Shown in pieces: positions 7,105 to 14,551 of a stretch of 32,000 nt of DNA. The notes below the pieces were generated by a model. It saw nothing but the letters and a program-made list of their open reading frames with translations, ran no database searches and had not been told where the DNA came from. The stretch covers positions 60,001 through 92,000 of the forward strand of contig JBBABY010000003.1 in NCBI GenBank assembly GCA_041657425.1, read 5' to 3'. Position 1 is the first letter of the stretch. Each line of letters begins with the position of its first letter. The position numbers were made by a program, and so were the translations under genes. This stretch comes from an archaeon (lineage in GTDB: Archaea > Iainarchaeota > Iainarchaeia > Iainarchaeales > CSSED10-239).

Positions 7105-7281
7105 ATGAAACTCAAAATCCATTTCGAATTTAGTAAAATCGACTTCACCAAAGAAGAAATCGTACAAGTGCTTGAATGTGCGGCTGCGCATGTTCTACAT
7201 AATGAAAATGCAGGCACTATCATGATTGGTGGAAAAGATTGTGTGCATTGGGAATTGATGCCAAAGTTGTTTGAGGAGTAA
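7105..7281 (+). CDS. 58-aa hypothetical protein (below track cutoff)
   Basis: AAGGAG SD 8 nt upstream. Reads MKLKIHFEFSKIDFTKEEIVQVLECAAAHVLHNENAGTIMIGGKDCVHWELMPKLFEE. Confidence 0.5.
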   Translation: MKLKIHFEFSKIDFTKEEIVQVLECAAAHVLHNENAGTIMIGGKDCVHWELMPKLFEE

Positions 7282-7286
7282 GATTT

Positions 7287-7541
7287 ATGACTGAAAACCC
7301 ACAAACATTTATAATTAATCTAACAGTTGAAGCGGAGAATGAAATTTATCCTGATGAAATTGTTAAAGATCTTAAAATGTATTATATGCGGTATAAACTT
7401 GATGGATTCACAATAAATGCCACAGATGTAAAACCCGTATCTTGCGACATTAAAAAACGCGCAAAATTACGGGAACCGCCATCTGACTACATTGACCCAG
7501 ATGTATATCCGGGTTGTGATGAACCACCGTATCCGGATTAA
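7287..7541 (+). CDS. hypothetical protein
   Basis: 84 aa with a GAGGAG SD upstream. Confidence 0.55.
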   Translation: MTENPQTFIINLTVEAENEIYPDEIVKDLKMYYMRYKLDGFTINATDVKPVSCDIKKRAKLREPPSDYIDPDVYPGCDEPPYPD

Positions 7542-7544
7542 GTG

Positions 7545-7805
7545 ATGATAATGACCCAAAAATACGAAATCATAATCAAAAAACACGACAAAGAATACCA
7601 TTGCTACATCAAAGGATACTCAGAACTTTCCGCAGATGGCAATACGCGCGCGAGTGCGCTGGGGAATCTTTTACTTTTAAATCAAGACAAATTTAACATT
7701 GAAAGGATCACTACTATAGAAGAGAATAAACCAGAACCGAAGAAAAAGTCTGTTGGAAAGTTACCGAATACTGGTTTGGGGTCTTCGCTACCGGGAAGGT
7801 GGTAA
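7545..7805 (+). CDS. hypothetical protein
   Basis: First ATG is at 7545; the track begins at a GTG at 7542, immediately after the upstream stop. Confidence 0.55.
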   Translation: MIMTQKYEIIIKKHDKEYHCYIKGYSELSADGNTRASALGNLLLLNQDKFNIERITTIEENKPEPKKKSVGKLPNTGLGSSLPGRW

Positions 7806-7808
7806 AAG

Positions 7809-8078
7809 ATGACATTAAGCGTCAAATCCAGACTTGAAGCGAGAATAAAATATAGACATCATATGCCGTTCTCTAAATTAATAAATATTATCAAATCTAT
7901 CGATTGGTATACCACGTATATTCAAAATAAAAATAGCGTGACGCTCGTAAATTATTTAAATCCACAAAAATATCCAAAAGAAATTGTGGTTATTAAAATT
8001 ACAGAAAAAGATAATCAAATTTGGAATTGGGTTAAAGGTAACATCACAGCAACAATTGTAGAAATCGAGGAATTTTAA
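7809..8078 (+). CDS. hypothetical protein
   Basis: 89 aa with a GGAAGGTGG SD upstream. Confidence 0.55.
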   Translation: MTLSVKSRLEARIKYRHHMPFSKLINIIKSIDWYTTYIQNKNSVTLVNYLNPQKYPKEIVVIKITEKDNQIWNWVKGNITATIVEIEEF

Positions 8079-8079
8079 A

Positions 8080-8316
8080 ATGGACACCATAACAGAATTC
8101 CCACAACGATGCGACCACCCACTTGAATTCGTAGAATTGCTATATGCAACACAAACACAATCTTCTGGTGGTGCATGGAGCGCGCAGGCTATTGTAAAAT
8201 GTCACAAATGCGGAGCACAATTTCATATGGGTTCTGATTATAATGGTGGATATTTCAGACATAATAATGAAATTGTTGCGTTCCCGCAAATAACAAGATT
8301 GCCAAGACCTATTTAA
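8080..8316 (+). CDS. hypothetical protein, possible zinc-binding
   Basis: 78 aa with a GAGGAA SD. Contains CDH ... CHKCG. Confidence 0.5.
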   Translation: MDTITEFPQRCDHPLEFVELLYATQTQSSGGAWSAQAIVKCHKCGAQFHMGSDYNGGYFRHNNEIVAFPQITRLPRPI

Positions 8317-8355
8317 TCCGATACATTATTAACCTTTTAAAACAAACACACTATT

Positions 8356-8577
8356 ATGAAAACACCTGAAAAAGACGAATCTAAAAAATGTTTACAGATT
8401 CGCAAAAGATGTAAGTGTGGCGAATATGTTTCTTCTGAGGATATTCGTTTTTGTGAAAAGATGGTATCAAAATATCCAGAATGGTATACAAAAAGCGAAG
8501 ATGAAGTGTTTAATGATACCATTCCGTTTGGTTCTAATGTGAGAATGAAAGACGGGAAACTTGTGTATTTAAAATGA
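8356..8577 (+). CDS. hypothetical protein
   Basis: 73 aa, ATGA-coupled to the phosphatase gene. Confidence 0.5.
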   Translation: MKTPEKDESKKCLQIRKRCKCGEYVSSEDIRFCEKMVSKYPEWYTKSEDEVFNDTIPFGSNVRMKDGKLVYLK

Positions 8578-9284
8578 CTCAATTTTGCATCGCTGATATC
8601 CACGGCCGCGCACCTGCTCTCATCGACGTATTAGACAAATCCAACTTCGATTTCAATAATGACCAACTTATTGTTCTCGGAGACATTGTTGACGGATACC
8701 CGTGGACGCGCGAGTGTTTTGATATTTTAAATAGTATAAAAAACAAAATAGTCTGCGCCGCGAATCACGATGCGTGGGCACTTAATTGGTTCCAAACCGG
8801 CCAAGAACTTCCCATTTGGGTTCACCAAGGGGGGTATGCAACCATGCGGTCGTATGATTTCGATCACCGCAATGTTCCACAAGAGCATATTGACCTTATC
8901 AAGAACGCGCATACTTACTATATTGATCCACGAAATAACATCTACTGCCACGGAGGTTTTAACCCGAAAGTAGATATTTCTAATCAAACCCAAGAATTTA
9001 TTACATGGGATCGCACCCTGTGTAAATACGCGCATGACAGGTGGATTCAAAAGAATCCCGCTACTATCAAACCTTATAATCACATATTTCTAGGGCATAC
9101 AAGCACAATGATGTTTCATTCCACGCGCCCATTAATTATGGGCAATGTGATTATGATGGATACTGGAGGAGGAGATATTGGAAAATTGAGTATAATGAAC
9201 ACGGAGACGTTAGAATGGTGGCAAAGTGATAAAAAATCCTCTGTGAAAAGTGACTATCTTGCGTGGGAAAAAGGAAAGTATTAA
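8574..9284 (+). CDS. PPP-family metallophosphoesterase (lambda-PP / ApaH-like Ser/Thr phosphatase)
   Basis: Ordered motifs IADIHGR, VLGDIVDGY, AANHDAW and FLGHTS match DxHG / GDxxDRG / GNHE / GH. Confidence 0.8.
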   Translation: MTQFCIADIHGRAPALIDVLDKSNFDFNNDQLIVLGDIVDGYPWTRECFDILNSIKNKIVCAANHDAWALNWFQTGQELPIWVHQGGYATMRSYDFDHRNVPQEHIDLIKNAHTYYIDPRNNIYCHGGFNPKVDISNQTQEFITWDRTLCKYAHDRWIQKNPATIKPYNHIFLGHTSTMMFHSTRPLIMGNVIMMDTGGGDIGKLSIMNTETLEWWQSDKKSSVKSDYLAWEKGKY

Positions 9285-9309
9285 GTGTAAATAAAACAAA
9301 GGAGTAGTT

Positions 9310-9612
9310 ATGAAAGTTTTTGGAGAAATTGATTTATCCGGTATCAAGAAAATCGTGATCAACCGGACTGTTGTTTGGGAACGTAAAGAAGAAAATGGGG
9401 TTCTTGTTTGGGTTAAAACTGCTGGTGGTAAAGGTTACGATGCCACGTGCCCGCTTATCTATCATCCACATGAAATGATGATGGTTGTAAACGAACTTCT
9501 CGCGCGCCCGAAGAAGAAAATGCTTCCGTGTGGTGATGTAATTGTTGTTGGCACAGCATATCACGCGTGGCCTGCGGGCGAGGCGTTGAATGTGTGTAGG
9601 AAGGAGGATTGA
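9310..9612 (+). CDS. hypothetical protein
   Basis: 100 aa with an AAGGAG SD 6 nt upstream. Confidence 0.55.
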   Translation: MKVFGEIDLSGIKKIVINRTVVWERKEENGVLVWVKTAGGKGYDATCPLIYHPHEMMMVVNELLARPKKKMLPCGDVIVVGTAYHAWPAGEALNVCRKED

Positions 9613-9615
9613 ATT

Positions 9616-9807
9616 ATGGATCTGACCGAAGCAACTACAAAAGATCTCGTAGATGAACTTGTTAAAAGAAAATCGTCGGTGAAATGTGTATCTATAAACG
9701 AAATGCAATCAGCATTTTGTTCCGTGTATAGTAAACAATTTGGATCTTTGATGGATTATATTGATGTTCCCACCGGCCCTGCTAGTATTCTGGTGGTTAA
9801 AGAATGA
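9616..9807 (+). CDS. hypothetical protein
   Basis: 63 aa with an AGGAGGA SD upstream. Confidence 0.5.
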   Translation: MDLTEATTKDLVDELVKRKSSVKCVSINEMQSAFCSVYSKQFGSLMDYIDVPTGPASILVVKE

Positions 9808-9944
9808 CTGACGATCAATATATCGAAGTAAATCTTGAAGATTACAACAACAAGACAAAACTTATTAAAGAACAGCGTGTTGAAATTGAAGATCTTAAGA
9901 AAAAGATCGCGCATCTTGAAAAAAGAGATTCACCAAGATTTTAA
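9804..9944 (+). CDS. 46-aa coiled-coil protein (below track cutoff)
   Basis: ATGA overlap at 9804-9807. Reads MTDDQYIEVNLEDYNNKTKLIKEQRVEIEDLKKKIAHLEKRDSPRF. Last gene of the plus block. Confidence 0.4.
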   Translation: MTDDQYIEVNLEDYNNKTKLIKEQRVEIEDLKKKIAHLEKRDSPRF

Positions 9945-9945
9945 C

Positions 9946-9952
9946 TTTTTTT
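9946..9952 (+). terminator. oligo-T tract (T7) directly after the block-terminal stop codon
   Basis: TAACTTTTTTTAC. Archaeal-style oligo-T termination signal. Confidence 0.4.
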
Positions 9953-9958
9953 ACTTTG

Positions 9959-10056
9959 CCTACGCGCATATTGTGGGTTTTAGAACGGGTGATAAAAACT
10001 AATTTTGAATGTTTAATTCTACCTACGCGCGTATTAGGATTTCATTCTACGCGTAT
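9959..10056 (+). repeat. three direct copies of a CTACGCG(CG)(A/G)TAT motif with palindromic cores
   Basis: CCTACGCGCATATT (9959-9972); CCTACGCGCGTATT (10022-10035, core TACGCGCGTA palindromic); CTACGCGTAT (10047-10056, core TACGCGTA palindromic). All lie in the intergenic region upstream of the recombinase. Confidence 0.6.
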
Positions 10057-10067
10057 AATAATAAAGA

Positions 10068-10157
10068 ATACCCTACTCTTTTTAGTTGTTGATTTTTCCA
10101 TAAATAAAACTGACCGACCGAAATATTTTTATACTTATATATCTAATAGTAGGGTAT
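10068..10157 (+). promoter_or_regulatory. recombinase promoter bracketed by a perfect 10-bp inverted repeat
   Basis: ATACCCTACT (10068-10077) and AGTAGGGTAT (10148-10157, overlapping the ATG at 10156). TTTTTATACT (10126-10135) lies exactly 20 nt upstream of the ATG. Confidence 0.55.
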
Positions 10158-10806
10158 GAAGAATATTTATGGTTATGTCAGGGTTTCAACCAGATCCCAA
10201 AATTATGATTTGCAAGTTGAAGGTATACAAGCATTTTGTAAAATGCGAGAATACAATCTTGTAAAAGTTTTTGCAGACAAGGCAACTGGAAAAGATATGG
10301 ATCGTGAACAATATCAAAAAATGATTGAAATGCTCATCGATTTAAAAAATCCACAGTCTATAGATGCAGTTGTTGTTACCAAACTCGACCGTGTTGGGAG
10401 AAATGTTAATGATTTGGTTGGGTTTGTAAAAAAACTTGAAACCAATCATATTGATTTTGCTACAACATTGGAAAGCGTAGATACGACAACCTCACAGGGG
10501 AGATTATTTTTTCATTTTATAGCTGCTATTGCAGAATATGAAAGAGAATTGATTAACGAGAGAACTGAAGCCGGATTAAAAAAATATATGGCGAATGGGG
10601 GAAGAATGGGGAAACCTAAAATTAAAATCAATATGGATGAAGTAAATGAACTATTAAGACTTGAAATCCCCAAAACCGTTATAGCAAGAAAACTTAAAAT
10701 CAGCTTGCCCACACTATATGACAGAATAAATGAGGAGAAGGCGGAAGCGTTGAATGCACAAAGGAAGAAGGATATCGAAACATCGGAATCAGTAAAGGGC
10801 AATTGA
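10156..10806 (+). CDS. small serine recombinase (resolvase/invertase family, C-terminal HTH)
   Basis: YGYVRVSTRSQNYDLQ (catalytic Ser), VVVTKLDRVGRN, GRLFFHFIAAIAEYERELINERT, and the C-terminal HTH IARKLKISLPTLYDRI. Confidence 0.9.
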   Translation: MKNIYGYVRVSTRSQNYDLQVEGIQAFCKMREYNLVKVFADKATGKDMDREQYQKMIEMLIDLKNPQSIDAVVVTKLDRVGRNVNDLVGFVKKLETNHIDFATTLESVDTTTSQGRLFFHFIAAIAEYERELINERTEAGLKKYMANGGRMGKPKIKINMDEVNELLRLEIPKTVIARKLKISLPTLYDRINEEKAEALNAQRKKDIETSESVKGN

Positions 10807-10811
10807 ATATA

Positions 10812-11225
10812 ATGGACGACGGCACCGGATTCATTTATATTGTAGAATTAACCGAAAGATCAAATATTTATAAAGTTGGTTCTACAAATAATATGTATAA
10901 CAGATTACAAACATTGAGGCGAACACATACTTTGGGTGATGAAAACACTAAAAACGGGGGAATATATTTAAAATTCCTATCATTTGCTAGGGATAAATCA
11001 AAAATTGAACGTCTTGTACATAGTGTGTTTCATGAATATTCATATTGTGAACAATTAAAAACAGACGTGTGGAGTTTGAGAGGAGATGAATTATATGAAC
11101 TTGCGGGTGATAAAGAATATGAAGATTTGAAACGCTTTATTATTGAAAATGGCGGAGATGACACCCATAAGTTGGTCTACGAACAATTGAATCAAATACC
11201 CAAAAAATATGGTGGGTTAAAATAA
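10812..11225 (+). CDS. T5orf172 / MUG113-type (GIY-YIG-like) domain protein
   Basis: GFIYIVELTERSNIYKVGSTNNMYNRLQTL ... IERLVHSVFHEY matches the T5orf172 pattern. First ATG is at 10812; the track begins at a TTG at 10803. Confidence 0.55.
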   Translation: MDDGTGFIYIVELTERSNIYKVGSTNNMYNRLQTLRRTHTLGDENTKNGGIYLKFLSFARDKSKIERLVHSVFHEYSYCEQLKTDVWSLRGDELYELAGDKEYEDLKRFIIENGGDDTHKLVYEQLNQIPKKYGGLK

Positions 11226-11540
11226 TACATAAACTCTCCCATTTTATAATAATATGAATACTCTAACCAAAGGCACGGAATCCATCACATTCCAACACAA
11301 TTTTTCAAAAATAGTGTATCTCGCCCATCTCTTCGGTTGCGGAAAGAGGAGTTATTTCTTAACCCCACGTTCAATCTAAAACCAATTAAGATTACAATGC
11401 AAATAACACATTATAAACATAATTATTAAAATTGAATTGGGGATGACTACCCACATCAATTCATCAACCTTATTTGTTTCAGGGTATAAGAAATCTCCTT
11501 CACATGGCACATCCATTTATAAACGCCTCTATGAATCTAT

Positions 11541-12557
11541 TTATTTGCTTCTCTCCAACTCCAAAAACCACTTCGGGCAACAATCCGGATATGGAATCTT
11601 TGGTCTCCGTTTAATACAGAATGCTTTGAAATCATTATATTTGAATATACCCGGCTGATTACACCATGCCGAAAAATCCATATATGTTTTTGTGTTTTCT
11701 GATTGCCAGCAGGTCAAATCGCGCATAAAATATGGCAAAACCTTATGTTCCTTGCACCACAGAATACGATAATACACGTCGTTAATTATATCCATATCTG
11801 GATGACAATAGAGGAAGAACTTTATTTTCCAAGGTTGCGGGATATATTTTTTAACTATTGCTAATTTCTCTTCTATCAACTTTTGATCTTTAATATTATC
11901 GAAGGCGAATATATATTCTCCGATGTAATTAAGTTCCGATAACAATTTTGCATTTTCTTCATTGATAAGTCTTATATCCAACCCTTGATTAAACTGGCAT
12001 GGAAACTGCAAATTTACAAGTTCTCGCAAGAATTTCTTATGATCTATTAGACCCAAGAAGTTATTATCCAAAAACTTCATTTTCTTATAATTATAGTCAG
12101 GATCAATCAATGAAACAACAGTTTGTATCTCACGATGAACATCCCCCTCTTTTTGCGGAACTACGCAGAAATAGCAATTTCTAAAGCATCCACGCGATAT
12201 GAATCCATAAAACGTGTCGTTGTCTGGATAAATTGAATAATCCGGTTTGCATTTATCCACTTCTCGTGGAAGTTTTTTCTTTATATCAAATCCAGTTCCA
12301 CCGCAATCAACTTTACAATCACCATTAATAATTTTTAAATGCTTCGGCGTTGTATCAAAAATAGAACTTATAAATGCCTTATCATACCCATTACAATCAA
12401 CTTGCTTTTCTTTTGGTTTCCCGTAGACGGGTATTCCAAGTTTCGCCAATGTTACAGAATCACCATTCTTTTGAAAATATGTAGATAACCGCATTAACGC
12501 AAGGTTTGGAATATTGCTATCGCAATCAACTAATAATATTTTACTCAAACGATTCAC
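11541..12557 (-). CDS. radical SAM enzyme with N-terminal Rossmann/B12-binding-like region
   Basis: SRGCFRNCYFCVVP is a CxxxCxxC cluster motif at about residue 123. N-terminus ILLVDCDSNIPNLALMRLSTYFQKNGDSV. GTG start 22 nt downstream of its own TATA-like box. Confidence 0.8.
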   Translation of the reverse strand: MNRLSKILLVDCDSNIPNLALMRLSTYFQKNGDSVTLAKLGIPVYGKPKEKQVDCNGYDKAFISSIFDTTPKHLKIINGDCKVDCGGTGFDIKKKLPREVDKCKPDYSIYPDNDTFYGFISRGCFRNCYFCVVPQKEGDVHREIQTVVSLIDPDYNYKKMKFLDNNFLGLIDHKKFLRELVNLQFPCQFNQGLDIRLINEENAKLLSELNYIGEYIFAFDNIKDQKLIEEKLAIVKKYIPQPWKIKFFLYCHPDMDIINDVYYRILWCKEHKVLPYFMRDLTCWQSENTKTYMDFSAWCNQPGIFKYNDFKAFCIKRRPKIPYPDCCPKWFLELERSK

Positions 12558-12579
12558 CTAGTTATGTATATGCTGTCAT

Positions 12580-12590
12580 AGTATTTAAAG
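12580..12590 (-). promoter_or_regulatory. TATA-like box (CTTTAAATACT) for the radical SAM gene
   Basis: 22 nt upstream of the GTG at 12557, in the 40-nt gap after the upstream stop codon. Confidence 0.45.
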
Positions 12591-12597
12591 ATCGCGA

Positions 12598-12831
12598 TCA
12601 CTTTTTCTTCCTCATCTTCCTTACCATCTTTCCAGTAAACATCTGGGCTGAATATACCGAAAACCCGATTCTACACACAAGACATTCGCGCATATCATCC
12701 TCTTTCGGTCGGAACAAAATGATATTCGCCGCTCCACAAGTAGGACATTTTACTACTAGTCCGTCACACTTTGAAACATCCTTGTGTTCTGAATTCTGTT
12801 TTGGGCATCGACATTCATATTCGTATTCCAT
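12598..12831 (-). CDS. zinc-ribbon protein with basic tail
   Basis: CRCP ... CPTCG ... CLVC, followed by the KMVRKMRKKK tail. 77 aa. Confidence 0.55.
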   Translation of the reverse strand: MEYEYECRCPKQNSEHKDVSKCDGLVVKCPTCGAANIILFRPKEDDMRECLVCRIGFSVYSAQMFTGKMVRKMRKKK

Positions 12832-12981
12832 CTACTCCACCCCGAAATCTAACAACTGCTCATGGAGTTGCTGGTTTTCTCCTTCTAATTCCTGAATACG
12901 TGCAAGAAATTTCTTCTTCTCATCGCGCAGATTTTGAAGTTCCATCATCGCTTCATGAATTGCTTGTGCATTTGATACCAT
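12832..12981 (-). CDS. 49-aa coiled-coil protein (below track cutoff)
   Basis: MVSNAQAIHEAMMELQNLRDEKKKFLARIQELEGENQQLHEQLLDFGVE. AGGAG SD upstream; its stop abuts the next ATG. Confidence 0.4.
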   Translation of the reverse strand: MVSNAQAIHEAMMELQNLRDEKKKFLARIQELEGENQQLHEQLLDFGVE

Positions 12982-13019
12982 CTTTCACATTCACTCCTTG
13001 TATAATACTACTACGCGTT

Positions 13020-13556
13020 CTATCTATTTATACTTATCTCATCCCCCCACGAATCATACCCATTTCTCTTCTCCCTTGCAAAAAGTTCTATCTTTGGGTT
13101 TAAATTTGCAACGGCGGGTTCAATCAATTGAAAAAATTCTTCCGGCTTTTGAGAATGATTTCTCACTTTAGATTGAATGAAGTTTGGTTTTTGTAGACGA
13201 AATGCTTTAACATTTCCTCTTACACCCACGAGACATTCTTCAACTTGACCACGGAACCAATATCCCATTCCGAGAGACATTATCTTACGCCAATAAATTT
13301 TTGTCTTATACTTAAATCCCCACGCTTTCATAACTTCAAATGTATAATCAGCAAGTGGTGTGGTTCCCCATAAGAATAAAACACAATTCTTTTCACAAAT
13401 TGTGGATATAGGAAGTGAACAAATTTCTTCCAATGACATCGTAGGATATTTCGCACTAGAACCGGATTTCATAGATCTGCCCGTGTTTTTATTACGATAT
13501 TGCCAAGGTGGATCTGCAACAATCACACTATACTTTTTATCTGGAAATGGTATCAT
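13020..13556 (-). CDS. MT-A70 family N6-adenine methyltransferase
   Basis: VIVADPPWQY (DPPW catalytic motif) and NHSQKPEE. The ATG at 13556 (MIPFPDKKY) forms an ATGA overlap with the upstream 50-aa ORF; the track start at 13595 has no such support. Confidence 0.85.
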   Translation of the reverse strand: MIPFPDKKYSVIVADPPWQYRNKNTGRSMKSGSSAKYPTMSLEEICSLPISTICEKNCVLFLWGTTPLADYTFEVMKAWGFKYKTKIYWRKIMSLGMGYWFRGQVEECLVGVRGNVKAFRLQKPNFIQSKVRNHSQKPEEFFQLIEPAVANLNPKIELFAREKRNGYDSWGDEISINR

Positions 13557-13705
13557 TTCTTCCCCTTTCTCGCTTTCCGTGCCTCGTCTGCACACTTATG
13601 CTTACAATAAATCGCCCCATCCTTATTCTGTGCCCTTCGGCGTTTTGCGTCGCTTGCTTGTATCTTAAACCTCTTGTGGCAGTGTGAACAGAAGATCCAG
13701 ATCAT
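13553..13705 (-). CDS. 50-aa FCS/TRASH-like zinc-finger protein with basic tail (below track cutoff)
   Basis: MIWIFCSHCHKRFKIQASDAKRRRAQNKDGAIYCKHKCADEARKARKGKK. CxxC-x-K-x-F ... YCxxxC is the same module repeated in 19480..20589. ATGA overlaps at both ends. Confidence 0.45.
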   Translation of the reverse strand: MIWIFCSHCHKRFKIQASDAKRRRAQNKDGAIYCKHKCADEARKARKGKK

Positions 13706-13890
13706 AACTCCTCCCACACAACCAACTCAAATTTCCGTCTCGCACTTCTCAAATTCTCTTTCATACTTTCCGGTGTCTCTGGCGAATTAAGATATTTATC
13801 AATAATTTTAATCACGTTTGCAGAACCAGATGCCGATAGTATTTCATTACTAAATTTTAATATAAAAATCTCTTCGTCCATGCTATTCAT
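13702..13890 (-). CDS. hypothetical protein (first gene of the methyltransferase operon)
   Basis: 62 aa. ATG lies 21 nt downstream of CTATAAATAG (leaderless geometry). Confidence 0.5.
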   Translation of the reverse strand: MNSMDEEIFILKFSNEILSASGSANVIKIIDKYLNSPETPESMKENLRSARRKFELVVWEEL

Positions 13891-13911
13891 TATTATACAA
13901 TAGACTCAAAA

Positions 13912-13921
13912 CTATTTATAG
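13912..13921 (-). promoter_or_regulatory. TATA-like box (CTATAAATAG, self-complementary)
   Basis: 21 nt upstream of the ATG at 13890. Flank resembles the 6341 box (CTATTTATAGATTT). Confidence 0.5.
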
Positions 13922-13945
13922 ATTTCTAAAACGTGTTTAAAAAAA

Positions 13946-14512
13946 TTATTGATAGTTGAAAACTTCCATCCACACAATCCTGCTACGATCAGTGTCAATT
14001 TCGACATCAACAAGACCATTTGCATGAGCTGGAGCTATAACAGTCAGTTCCGTGGGACTAACGATGGTAAATATTGTTGGAACGCCACCAAATGATGCAT
14101 TTGTAATGGCGTCAAGATCTGTGCCCGTAATACTTACTGATGAACCAGCATTACCATATTTCGGTGTAATATTGGTAACGCGCGGAATAATCATCTTGTA
14201 GTAAGTGAATGAATTGTCCAATTTGACAATATTGTTATCGTTATTAATAGTAACATTAATAACACCATCTGATTGTGGGGGTGGAATCGGTGCAGTCATA
14301 TAAGTGGAATTCACAAATGTTGCAACGACTTCGGTGTTGTTAAACGTTACATTATTCACGCTGGAATTTACAAATCCATCGCCGTTGATTTTCATAAGAC
14401 CTCCAAAACGTGAAGGGCAACTTGACGGTACGATACTGGTAACATTCATTGCTAATGAAGCAGGAATTACCAGAAGAATAGCTAAAAGAATAAATAGGAT
14501 TTTGCTTTTCAT
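13946..14512 (-). CDS. secreted IPT/TIG-domain protein, N-glycosylation sequon-rich
   Basis: Signal peptide MKSKILFILLAILLVIPASLA. Second half PRVTNITPKYGNAGSSVSITGTDL ... FGGVPTIFTIVSPTELTVIAP fits the IPT/TIG pattern. Eight N-x-S/T sequons in 188 aa. Confidence 0.6.
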   Translation of the reverse strand: MKSKILFILLAILLVIPASLAMNVTSIVPSSCPSRFGGLMKINGDGFVNSSVNNVTFNNTEVVATFVNSTYMTAPIPPPQSDGVINVTINNDNNIVKLDNSFTYYKMIIPRVTNITPKYGNAGSSVSITGTDLDAITNASFGGVPTIFTIVSPTELTVIAPAHANGLVDVEIDTDRSRIVWMEVFNYQ

Positions 14513-14532
14513 ATAAATGTATAGGGGTTTAA

Positions 14533-14542
14533 TGTATTTAAA
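14533..14542 (-). promoter_or_regulatory. TATA-like box (TTTAAATACA)
   Basis: Exactly 20 nt upstream of the ATG at 14512. Confidence 0.5.
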
Positions 14543-14551
14543 GGTTTTGGT

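Noticed and set aside
6999-7304. 101-aa minus-strand ORF
   Set aside because: It is antisense to three tightly coupled, SD-led plus-strand small ORFs (6932..7102, 7105..7281, 7287..). It has no promoter box or SD of its own and sits in the middle of a plus-strand operon.
8727-9083. 118-aa minus-strand ORF, and the plus-strand alternate-frame ORF 8770..8973
   Set aside because: Both are embedded in the well-supported metallophosphatase gene 8574..9284 and are shadow frames.
9959-10056. Possible mini-CRISPR array from the three CTACGCG repeats
   Set aside because: There are only three short, degenerate copies with irregular spacing (63 and 25 nt) and palindromic cores. That fits protein-binding sites upstream of the recombinase, not repeat-spacer architecture. 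No cas genes are present.
10068-10157. Invertible promoter switch (fimS-like) defined by the 10-bp inverted repeat
   Set aside because: The bracketed segment is only 70 bp, probably too short for recombinase-mediated inversion. Flipping it would aim the promoter at the 3' end of a co-directional operon with nothing to express. An operator or RNA-structure role is more plausible, and that reading is kept in the findings.
11277-11293. Hairpin GGAAT-CCATCAC-ATTCC and nearby GTTCAATC as a possible tRNA fragment
   Set aside because: The loop lacks the U33/purine-37 anticodon-loop pattern. The T-loop-like string has no complementary stem, and no acceptor or D arms can be drawn. No tRNA is called.
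11437-11658. 73-aa plus-strand ORF in the convergent gap
   Set aside because: It has a non-ATG start and no SD or TATA spacing. Its second half overlaps the 3' end of the radical SAM gene on the opposite strand.
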